Assembly: GCF_006345805.1 (NCBI RefSeq)
Contig: NC_042998.1
Span: forward strand, 135,346,001-135,410,000
Origin: Octopus sinensis
Lineage: Eukaryota
Direction: 5' to 3'
DNA: 64,000 nucleotides
The stretch's first letter is position 1. The number at the start of each line of letters is the position of its first letter. The notes below the pieces were generated by a model that was not told where the DNA came from, did not search any database, and worked only from the letters and a program-made list of their open reading frames with translations. The translations under genes were made by a program, and so were the position numbers. Positions 52,633 to 64,000 of the stretch are shown here, in pieces.

Positions 52633-53249
52633 GGGATCTTTTCCTTTTGAACGGCAGACAAATTCTAGTTAACTAAACACTTTAAAACTTCGTATACTGG
52701 TAGAATGTGTCAAAATGAAACATTTTTTTCTCTTGGCTTTCTTGAGAAAATTGTAATTTGTTTGTTTAACGTAGTTTAATTTTTCGAATGTTAACCAATC
52801 CTATGCTCTCTTTTGGGCTAAAATCATTTGCTGCGTCTAAAACTGAGACAACATCCTGTAACTAACCCTAATCCTCCCCTAACCCTAACCCTAACCCTAA
52901 AATTTTTTTCTTAATTTTTAAATTAATTTAATTGTTACGCGTTTTAAAAAAACTTAAGCAATGGAATTAAATTAATTTAACAATTAAGAAAAAAATTTTA
53001 GGGTTAGGGTTAGGGTTAGGGGGGAGGTTTAGGGTTAGATACAGGATATTGTCTCAGTTTTAGACGCAGCAAATGATTTTAGTTGAATGGAGGTAATCGA
53101 TTGGTTAAAATTGCCGAAATGTTCGGATTTTCAAACGAAATATCTTACTAACTATAGAATTTTCTCAATAAAACCAAGAGAAAATGATGTTTTATAAACA
53201 CATTCTACCAGTATACGAAGTTTAAAAGTGTTTAGTTAACTAGAAATTG
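52633..53249. mobile_element. Fold-back MITE of the same family as 5728-6616, with (CCCTAA)n and (TTAGGG)n in its inner arms
   Basis: Starts GGGATCTTTTCC; outer arms CTAGTTAACTAAACACTTTAAAACTTCGTATACTGGTAGAATGTG and the reverse complement at about 53200-53245; inner arms 52818-52916 and 52982-53082. Confidence 0.85.
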
Positions 53250-53419
53250 TGTTGACATCTGCGTCCTCAATTTGCAATACAGGTGTGGGCGTGTGGTGAG
53301 AAGTTTTACAATAGCATTTTTGTACTAAAGTACAGATTTTGCAACGAATACACGGTTCACTGGCTAACAGCTTCCGAAAAAGATAAAGTGTTGTTATCCC
53401 TTTTTTTTTTTTCTAAATT

Positions 53420-54315
53420 TTTATGATGATGAGATGATGATGATGATGATGATGATGATGGATGATGATGATGGTTTCTTTTATTTGCATCAAGGGCAGA
53501 CATAAGGTGTAGAAATTTATATAGAATGAAATGATTATAAAAAAAAGTAAAACATACGCGGTATACAATAAAAATAAAAGAAAGTATATATGATATACAA
53601 CAGTGACAATGATGTGATCCCCCCAGTACCGGAGGGCCTCTAGGGATAACCAAGAAACCCACCATCCGAGATCTCTCTGAACAACAATTCCTGTTCTCCG
53701 ACTCACAGATCTACACTTAGGACGGTGCCATCTATTCTTACCACTTCTGCCACCTTCATCTACCTTTTAATAAATTCACTCGAGGACAGCACCCTACTCT
53801 TTACTCTCACTTTTCTTTTCTACTGAAATTTGAAAAACTTGATGAAGGATCTACCAGAGAGGAAAGTCTCTGTCCTCGTGTCTTTCAGCCTCGTCCACCA
53901 GACAACTTCTTTCGCAATAGCCACCAGACAAAGGAAAACTGCCTTATTTTCCTGGTTAGAGGAGGGTGGGGCAATCATCATTACGGAGTCGGCCTATAGA
54001 CGGGTCCGTACCGCATGCGGCGACAGCAGCTATTCGACATAACTCCACAAATCAGCAATGCCCGGACACTGAAAGAGTGCGTGCAGAACAGTTTCGTTGC
54101 TCTGCGTGCATCTCTGATAGGCTCTCTGGCAGCATATCCATAACTGTAGAGTTTATTTTGAATCAATAGTACTACCAGGTCAAGGACTTCTGGAAATAAT
54201 CCATGTTCGTCTGGAAAGGCTCCTGGAATAGCCTAGCCGGTGCATTTTCTTCGACGCCAAGTTTCCTCGAATACGTCGTCACATTTCTTCGCCACTAATC
54301 CTCTCTATATATTGC
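53420..54315 (-). mobile_element. 3' fragment of the same L1/Tx1 family
   Basis: Colinear with 48850-49600 (e.g. GTCTGGTGGACGAGGCTGAAAG, GAAACTGTTCTGCACGCACTC); ends in (CAT)n. Confidence 0.85.
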
Positions 54316-54366
54316 TAATGTATATATATATATATATGTATATATATTGCTAATGACACCACCACC

Positions 54367-54434
<68 letters not shown>

Positions 54435-54436
54435 CC

Positions 54437-54469
<33 letters not shown>

Positions 54470-54889
54470 CCTTTCTACTGTAGGTATTTGTGGAGAGGGA
54501 CTAGTCGATATCATCGACTCCAGTGTTTCACTGGTACTTAATTTATCGACCTAAAATGGATGAAAAGCAAAGTCGACCTCGGCGGAATTTTAAGTCAGAA
54601 TGTAAATCCAAAATGCTTAGCGGCATTTCGTCTGGCTCTACTTTCTGATTTCAACGGTCACCAAGGTCGACTTTGCCTTTCATCCTTTCATCCTTTCGGG
54701 TCGTTGAAATAAATACCAATGGAATCGATTTACTCCCTCCCACGAAATTGCTGACCTTGTACCAATATTTGAAACCATTATTATTTTTTTAATCGGCAGA
54801 AAGTCTCAAAAGTGACTCGCAGGGCCAAGCGTTTCGCGCAAGGCATTTAAAATGTTATGTTCGAAACTCTCTACCCTTGAGCAAAATTT

Positions 54890-55097
54890 GCAATACAAGG
54901 CGTGGTGTGTGGTGAGAAGTTTGCCTCCAAACCATATAATTCCCGGTTCAGTCCCACTATGTGACGTCGTGGGCAGATTTTTTATTACTATAGTACGGGG
55001 CCGACCAAAGCGTTGTAAGTGGATTTGGTAGACCGAAACTGAAAGAAGCTCGTCGTATTGATACATACATACATACATACATACATACATACATACA

Positions 55098-55128
<31 letters not shown>

Positions 55129-55350
55129 TCATGTACGTGTGTGTGTGTGTGTTTGTATATGCGTGCGCGTATCTGAATTCATGTTTGTCCCCCACCACCG
55201 CTTGACAACTGCAGTTGGTTTGTATACGTCCCCGCAACTTAGCGGTTCGACAAAAGTTCCCCGATAGATTAAGTACCAGGCTTTAAAAAGTAGCGGGATT
55301 TACTCATTTGACTAGGCCCTTCAAATCGGTGCTCCAGCACAGCCGCGTCC
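54890..55350 (+). mobile_element. Family B SINE, near complete
   Basis: Head GTGTGTGGTGAGAAGTTTG...CCGGTTCAGTCCCAC, (CATA)n slot, 3' module. Confidence 0.85.
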
Positions 55351-55395
55351 TCAGTGACTGAAAGAAGTATATAATATATATATAATATATAATAT

Positions 55396-55440
<45 letters not shown>

Positions 55441-55484
55441 TAAAATACACATACGTACCATTTATCCTGTTTCATTTCCTTTCC

Positions 55485-55532
<48 letters not shown>

Positions 55533-55973
55533 AACGCATACATGTACAAGAAAGGAAGAAGGAAAGAAAGACTGACAGAGAGGCGCAGGAAAGTCTTGTA
55601 CATTGTTATAATTTGATACTAACTGTGTTTATATATTACCGAATAAGTGGTTACACGCTCTCGACTTGTAAACAAACAACACAGGACCTTGTCTACATCC
55701 TTTCACTCTCTTTCTACTTATATACACTTCCCAATCTGCTCAATATCAGAGGCTTGGTTTTCTTAATATCTTATTGCTTGCCTATTACTGTCTCGCCCCC
55801 CCATCCCTCTCTCTCTCACTATATATTTATATACATCCATATATATGCGCGTGCGCTTGCATATATGCAAACACACATCAAACAGACACAAAAGTATAAA
55901 ATAATAGATATAAAAATATGAAGACACACACACACACATGCACATACACATAAGTGCGTTTGTGTTATATATT

Positions 55974-56010
<37 letters not shown>

Positions 56011-56224
56011 ATATGCATATACGTATGTATATCTATCTATCTATCTATCTGTCTGTCTGTCGTCAGTCTGTCTGTCTGTATGTATGTATGTATGCATATA
56101 TATATATATATATATATATGTATACATTATATACATACATATAAGCGATAATATATATATAAACATACGTACATACATTCATACATCATACATACATACA
56201 TACATACACGCACACGCACACATA

Positions 56225-56300
<76 letters not shown>

Positions 56301-56811
56301 TATTTTTAAAAGGTGTGCCGCTGGGAGAAGAAATTTGACTTTATCAAGCTCTTCCATCTTCCTCACACTCGCCCATTATATGCAACGGGAAGCTCTAAAT
56401 TACGATTTAATAGAAAGATTTAAAGTCGCCGTTTAAACTAGTAAAATCAACAAATCGACATCCCTAAATACACAAAGGTCAGCCGCTACCAACACTTTCT
56501 GTTTCACCCACGGGGAAATAAATAAAACGAATAAATAAATTAATAAATAATAATTAAATACAGGATATATTAGGGTGTAAGGGAGTATGTAATTTATTAA
56601 ACCCTTCATGTTTAAAGTTTGCTATACTGACTTGAAGGGGAATAAGCACTTAGTGGTGCCTGAATGATGTGCGTAGGTATTTATGAATGTTCATGAGACT
56701 TATACACCCACACGTTTACGTACGCTGTGTGCATATATGTATATGCTTGTGTCTGTGTGTAGATGTACACATATACATTCATGTTTTTATGTATGTATAT
56801 CGTGTGTAATC

Positions 56812-56814
<3 letters not shown>

Positions 56815-56878
<64 letters not shown>

Positions 56879-56995
56879 GTCTGTCTGTCTATCATCTATC
56901 TATCTATCTATCTATCTATTCTATCTACTACTATCTATCTATCTATCTACCTATCTATCTATCTATTCTATCTCTATCTATCTATCTTCTGTCTG

Positions 56996-57035
<40 letters not shown>

Positions 57036-57036
57036 C

Positions 57037-57088
<52 letters not shown>

Positions 57089-57128
57089 ACCTACCTACCT
57101 ACCTACCAACCTACACTCATACATACAT

Positions 57129-57159
<31 letters not shown>

Positions 57160-57230
57160 TACATACATACATACATACATACATACATACATACATACAT
57201 ACATACATACTACATACATACATACATACA
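56815..57230. repeat. (CTAT)n/(CATA)n compound microsatellite
   Basis: Directly visible. Confidence 0.95.
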
Positions 57231-57789
57231 CATGTCGAGGTGACCAATGTTTGTATGTTTCGCAACAGGTAGCATTTCTAGTTTTTTTTCTTTTTCTTGC
57301 GTGAATGCTTTTTGCAGATTCAGCTGTTGGTTAGTAGGGTCTCGGCTGATAGAAGACCAAAATATGAACAATAACTCAACCTACGCAAAACAAAGGATTT
57401 CTAAAGTATCAACGTTACTGTTGGATCTTTCAGTGACAGTATTTAACAACTGTGTTCTAGACATATTTAGAGAAGAAACATGAATCTGTAGGCATAACTA
57501 TCTCCATGTGACGAGCGTACTTAGAGTTTTGAAGTGTTTCTTTGTTTGGGTTTAAGACCGAACATTTTGTTAGGGATTCTCATTCCGTTAGAGAAAGAGG
57601 ATAACCAACGAATATGAGGAAGTTTTGGAGAGTTGAATGACATGTCATTTGTCCATTTCTATGTATCGCGCATACCTTGTTGTCTTGCTTGATTTCTGAC
57701 ACCACTCTAGCGTCGTCATCTAGCTCGTGTGTGTAGTTGGTAAATTGAGGAACAAAAGTGAGTGCAGAACCGTGCTTTGTTATACTCTC

Positions 57790-58185
57790 TTTTACTCTTT
57801 TACTTGTTTCAGTCATTTGACTGCGGCCATGCTGGAGCACCGCCTTAAGTCGATCAAATCGACACCGGAACTTATTCTTTGTAAGCCCAGTACTTATTCT
57901 ATCGGTCTCCTTTGCCGAACCGCTAAGTGGCGGGGACGTAGACACACCAGCATCGGTTGTCAAGCAATGCTAGGGGGACAAACACAGACACACAAACACA
58001 CACACACATATATATATATACATATATACGACGGGCTTCTTTCAGTTTCCGTCCACCAAATCCACTCACAAGGCATTGGTCGGCCCGGGGCTATAGCAGA
58101 AGACACTTGCCCAAGATGCCACGCAGTGGGACTGAACCCGCAACCATGTGGTTGGTTAGCAAGCTACTTACCACACAGCCACTAC
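57790..58185 (-). mobile_element. Family B SINE, full length
   Basis: Reverse complement of the 43450-43855 pattern. Confidence 0.9.
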
Positions 58186-59643
58186 TCCATATTTCTATAA
58201 CATAAATTACCTGCTTGATGTATACATGTACATTTTCACAAAAGCGTTTGTGGAAACTTAACTTTCAATTGGTAAATTAAGAAATTATATTTTTCAGTTT
58301 TGAACTCCCCCCTCCTTTTTTTACTGTATTAAAAAAAAACGTGCAGTGTAATTATTCCATTAATTCTATCAACAAAGATGAGCTGGAAGGATCGTCAGAG
58401 CGTCGGATAACTTGCTTTATGGAATTTGTTCTGGCTCTTGACGTATTGAGTTCAAATCCTGCCGAGATCATCCTTGCTGTTTGTTATTCGGGTTCGATAA
58501 TATAAAGAACCAGTCAAATACAGGTTTCAATGGAGTCGACTGACCTTTGCCCCTCAAAGTTACAGGCCTCATCAGAAACCATTATTCATAAACAAAGTCG
58601 GAGGAGATTTATATTCTGTTGGTATCTAAGAAATTTATATACAATTCATTCATGTTGTTCGAACAGAGTCTACAACTAGTGTTTTTTTAAAAATATTCTA
58701 TAAAGGGTGAGCCCGAAGTTTGAACAAATACAGCTATGTTTCGAATTGAATAGCTACGAATAAACCAGCAAGTGGAGACACGTAAACTTTCAAGCAAACG
58801 GAATTTTATAATCGAATAGTCATATTTGTGATTACAACAGCCCAGCACATATTCACATTATTTGTACGCCATTGAGCAGCGCAATTGACCAAATCTGACA
58901 TTACTCTCAGCCAGTCGTCTTTTTTAGTTTTTGGCTATCGACTTGCCTCATTGTTTTGTATAGATTAAAGCAATATTTCGTCGTGTTACTGCTTCGTTTC
59001 AGGCACAAAATAACTGTAACTAACTATGATGAAACAATCAATAGTTATGTAGAATGTTAACAAAATTAATGGTGACAACAGCACAGCTATCTTTTACCCG
59101 AGATACTTCAAAGCCAGAAATGGGACAAATGGGAGAATCATTGTTCATATCTTTTTTTACCGTCTTTCGAACACTTGCTGTCGCGTGTGGGACGGATCCG
59201 GCTATCAACTGAATCCATCGTGAAGATCGCCACGTCGCTTGTTTTTCATCAGGAAGGGCAGACAGTTTTTATGTGACTGGTAGCCATGTTGAACGAGATT
59301 GAAGGTGCTGAAGACAAACACTTTCTTTTTTGGTCAATCCCTCATCAATTGAAGAGGAAGATAAGGGTGGAGATAAGGTGGAAGATAAGGGTGTTGATGG
59401 TTAGATGAGAGTGGCGAGCATGGTGTAAGTGAATGTTCCTGCCCCGAGTATACGCTTCTAAGTCGGAGATAAGGAACTGTGAAAAGGCACCTACACCAGA
59501 AATCAAGGCACCAGTGGTTTTATGGGATTTTTCCATGAGCACCCCTTGAACGTTTCCTCCCTGTTGAGAATTACATACACATTGTTACAATTCTTTTTAT
59601 AAGATAAACACGCAACACCTCATGATACATACGCGCATACACG

Positions 59644-59699
<56 letters not shown>

Positions 59700-59789
59700 A
59701 CACACACATTCAATGTTTTGTTCTGTGCCGTCTACATTGTGGTCAATAAAGAAATCATCATCACCATCATTATCATTATTATTACTCTT

Positions 59790-60195
59790 TCTTTTACTCT
59801 CTTACTTGTTTCAGTCATTTGACTGTGGCCATGCAGGAGTACCGCCTTTGTAAGCCTAGTACATGTTCTATCGGTCTCTTTTGCCGAACCGCTAAGTTAC
59901 GGGGACGTAAACACACCAGCATTGGTTGTCAAGCGATGTTGGGAGGGGGACAAACACAGACACACAAACATATACACACACATACAAACAGACATACATA
60001 ATACATACATACATACATACATACATACATACATACGACGGGCTTCTTTCGGTTTCCATCTACCAAATCCACTAACAAGGCTTTGGTCAGCCCGAGGCTA
60101 TAGTAGAAAACACTTGCCCAAAGTGCCACGTAGTGGAACTGAACCCTGGAACATGTGGTTCGTAAGCAAGCTACTTACCAGACAGCCACTCCTAC
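59790..60195 (-). mobile_element. Family B SINE, full length
   Basis: Same consensus as the other family B copies. Confidence 0.88.
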
Positions 60196-60489
60196 TATTC
60201 AAAAAATAAACTAACTGATTAGTTGATTAATCGATTGCTTGAGTATTCATCTGTATAATCAATCAGTTAGTTTGACAGGGGCATTTTGTCTTTATTCATG
60301 GCCTTATCACTGACATACACTTTTTTGCTCTTGGTCTGTTACGATATATGCGAGCAGGATCATATACAGAGTAATGTTAGTGCTTGTGTGTGCGTGCGTG
60401 CGTGCGTGCGTGTTGTGTGCGCGCGTGTGCGATACACACACGCACACACACATGCACGCACAAACATAAACACACATTCTTTTATTTCT

Positions 60490-60745
60490 TTATTTGTTTC
60501 AGTCATTTGACTATGGCAATGCTGGAGCATCGCCTTTAGTGCAACAGATCGTTGGACTTATTCTGTGCAAACCTAGTACTTTATTCTATCGGCTACGTTA
60601 CTACGTTACGGGGACGTAAAAACACCAGCATCGGTTGTCAAGCGATGCTGGGAGGGGGACAAACAGACATACAAACACATATATATATGTATATATATAT
60701 ATATATATACGACAGGCTTCTTTCAGTTTCTGTCTACCAAATCCA
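60490..60745 (-). mobile_element. Family B SINE, partial
   Basis: Same consensus as the other family B copies. Confidence 0.8.
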
Positions 60746-60809
60746 CTGACATGCATATGTATATAGGCACGTATATAAATATTTGTATATACAAACATAT
60801 GTACGTACA

Positions 60810-60887
<78 letters not shown>

Positions 60888-61057
60888 ATATATGCATGTA
60901 TACGAATATATACATATGTATATATTATATATATGTATACATAATACTCATTATACATTCATACATATATATACATACACTCTCGGTACGCTGACATATA
61001 TATTTGCATATATTATTATTATATGTATTGTGTGTGTGTGTGCTTATATATATATAT

Positions 61058-61112
<55 letters not shown>

Positions 61113-62010
61113 ATGTACGCATGTATGATAATATGTATGTTTGTATGTATCTGTATATTAGTATATACCAACGATCAAATTTTCGTTAATCGCACTTACA
61201 GACTTTAAAATAATAATTTACAGCCTTACTTTACTTTTGGAGTTTAATGTTTATTGTTTTACTACACAATTAAAATAACAACTATATTAATGTATATACA
61301 TATAATATACATTCACATATATCTGTGTTTATATGTAGTTGAACTTTTTTTTTGTTTGCGCGTGTTTATGGGGGTGTGTATATGTGTGTGTAAACGTCTA
61401 AGCGTAAATGTATGTATGTATGTATGTATGTATGTATGTATGTATGTATGTATGTATGTATGTATGTATGTATGTATCTGTACATGAAATATTTCAATAT
61501 TGAAAGAGGCATGTCACATGTCTAAATCCACCGAAAGATGGCCATATAAGGAGCAATTTGAAAAGCAGCCGATTTTCGCTATGTGGCGTAGGTATGTAGG
61601 AGAAAGATAACGGAAATTAGGAGCAGTGTATCGAGATAAGGTAGGTCTGGGCTGTATAAGTAATGTGTTTAGAGAGAAAGATATGGTTTGTAAGTGGATC
61701 TCCACAACCATGAAAGAACCGACACCGTCCAATAAAAGAAAGGATTATTCTTACTATTCTTATTATTATTGATATTATTGTTGTTGTTGTTATTGTGGTT
61801 GCTGATGGTGGTGTTCTTTTATCTAGCTTCCTGCAAGAAACAATAAAAACAAATATACGAAGGAAAACAAAACAAAACCAAACAAACTTTGTCATTTCCC
61901 GCAGTCATTTTTAAGCCTTCCCCCATCCTAGCACATTTCATGGGATCGCTCATACATACGTACATACATCATACATACATACATACATACATACATACAT
62001 CATACATACA

Positions 62011-62041
<31 letters not shown>

Positions 62042-62304
62042 TTAGTTTGTGCTTCTCTCACTCTATCAGTGTGTGCGTGTGTGTGTGTGTGTGTGTGTGA
62101 GTGAGTGTGAATATGCGTGTGTGCTTGCAGCTCATGTGCGTTAGTAAATCTTTTTTTTTATGTATGACTATATATCTATGTATCTGTATGTTCCTATATG
62201 TACGTACGTATACCAACATAGATACATATGACTATATATCTATGTATCTATATGTTGGTATATGTACGTACGTACGCATGTATGTGTGTAGGTATGAATG
62301 TATA

Positions 62305-62430
62305 TATGGATGGATGGATGGATGGATGGTTGGATGGATGGATGGATGGATGGTTGGATGGATGGATGGATGGTTGGATGGATGGTTTGCTAGATGGATA
62401 GTTGAATGGTTGGGTGGGTGGATTGATGGA
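62305..62430. repeat. (GGAT)n microsatellite
   Basis: Directly visible. Confidence 0.9.
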
Positions 62431-62837
62431 TTGATAGCTGTATGTGTAGTGTTATACAAGTGTGTGCATTTAATGAATGTAGCCCCCTGGATGAAGATGT
62501 ATACGTGTTAATATGACTTGTGTGTATGTTTGAGATATGCACTGTGTATGTATATATATGTATGCGTGCGGCATTAATAATCCCTGAGAAAGGCAGAAAT
62601 GTCTTCAGTCTACTTTATAATAGACTAACATTATTAGATAATCTATAATAGATGATTCACTCGCACACATGTATACATTTGTAAAGGAATGTAGAATGTA
62701 GTCAATACACGCACACACGCACACACGCACACACACACACACACACACAGATGTCCACATAGCCACGCATACATATGTGGATGTGAAAGCATATATATAT
62801 ATATATATACACACGTGCGCGCACGCACGCACATACA

Positions 62838-62869
<32 letters not shown>

Positions 62870-62884
62870 CATATCTATATATTG

Positions 62885-63036
62885 TGTGCTAAGTAACTTG
62901 CTTACCAACCACATGGTTGCGAGTTCAGTCCCGCTGCGTGGCACCTTGGGCAAGTGTCTTCTACTATAGCCTCGGGTCGACCAAGCCTTGTGAGTGGATT
63001 CGGTAGACGGAACTGAAAGAAGACCGTTGTATATAT

Positions 63037-63078
<42 letters not shown>

Positions 63079-63350
63079 ATATATATGTGTTGTGTGTGTG
63101 TGTGTGTGTGTGTAGGTGTGTGTGTGTGTGTATGTATGTATGTGTATATGTTCGTGTGTGTGTGTGTTTGTCCCCCAACATTGCTTGACAACCAATGCTG
63201 CTGTGTTTACACCCCAGTAACTGAGCAGTTCGGCAACAGAGACTAATAGAATAAGTACTAGGCTTACAAAGAATAAGTCCTGGGTTCGATTTGCTCGACT
63301 AAAGGCGGTGCTCCAGCATGGCCGCAGTCAAATGACTAAAACAAGTAAAA
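62885..63350 (+). mobile_element. Family B SINE, full length
   Basis: Same consensus as the other family B copies. Confidence 0.9.
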
Positions 63351-63699
63351 GAATATATATATATTTGTGTGTTTGTGTATACACAGATAGATCGATCGAT
63401 AGATAGACAGATACATACATACATACATACATACATACATACATACATACATACATACATACATACATGCATACACACATACATACATACATGCATACAC
63501 ACATACATACATATATGCATAACACATACATACATACATACATACATACATACATACATACATACATACATACATACATACATACATACATACATACATA
63601 CATACATGCATACATACATACATTTAATGTCACACAGACATATTTGTAAATATATACACATACATTTGTATGGAAATTTCATATGTATTTATGCATAGG

Positions 63700-64000
63700 C
63701 GCAGTAGTGGCTGTGTGGTAAGTAGCTTGCTAACCAACCACATGGTTCCGGGTTCAGTCCCACTGCGTGGTACCTTGGGCAAGTGTCTTCTGCTATAGCC
63801 TCGGGCCGACCAAAGCCTTGTGAGTGGATTTGGTAGACGGAAACTGAAAGAAGCCTGTCATATATAATTTATATATTATATGTATGTTGTTTTGTGTTGT
63901 CTGTTTTGTCCCCCAAGCATTGCTTGACAACCGATGCTGGTGTGTTTACGTCCCCGTCACTTACTGGGCTTACAAAAAAAGAATAAGTCCTGGGGTCGAG
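63700..64000 (+). mobile_element. Family B SINE running to the window end
   Basis: GTAGTGGCTGTGTGGTAAGTAGCTTGCTAACCAACCACATGGTTCCGGGTTCAGTCCC. Confidence 0.9.

Noticed and set aside
52863-53038. Chromosome end-to-end fusion scar
   Set aside because: A fusion gives (TTAGGG)n then (CCCTAA)n; here the order is reversed, the arrays are only 3-5 units, and they sit inside transposon arms
61507-61720. Candidate exon with several GT donor-like sites
   Set aside because: Weak acceptor, an in-frame stop in the longest frame, and no homology recognised

Overview
This is AT-rich eukaryotic DNA dominated by microsatellites and interspersed repeats. The SINE families and microsatellite density resemble an octopus (coleoid cephalopod) genome; that is recognition from memory, not a database result. 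Almost all ORFs in the supplied track are translations of simple repeats. I found no confidently identifiable host protein-coding gene, rRNA, tRNA gene or CRISPR array. Supported content: a Penelope-like (GIY-YIG) remnant; Penelope-type repeats carrying minimal hammerhead-ribozyme-like motifs; a CsRn1-clade Ty3/gypsy element (gag, protease, tRNA-Trp PBS, -1 frameshift signal); a near-intact DD34D mariner; a second mariner with two 5' ends split by 2.7 kb of insertions; L1/Tx1, RTE and probable CR1-group LINE fragments; several MITEs, including a GGG-ended family with a 6-bp TSD whose second copy is a fold-back carrying outward-facing telomeric repeats; and many tRNA-derived SINEs of at least three families. 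A CpG-rich segment at 20.4-20.7 kb has NRF1, ETS and YY1-like motifs and may be a promoter, with weak candidate exons to its left. TE boundaries without TIR or TSD support are approximate.
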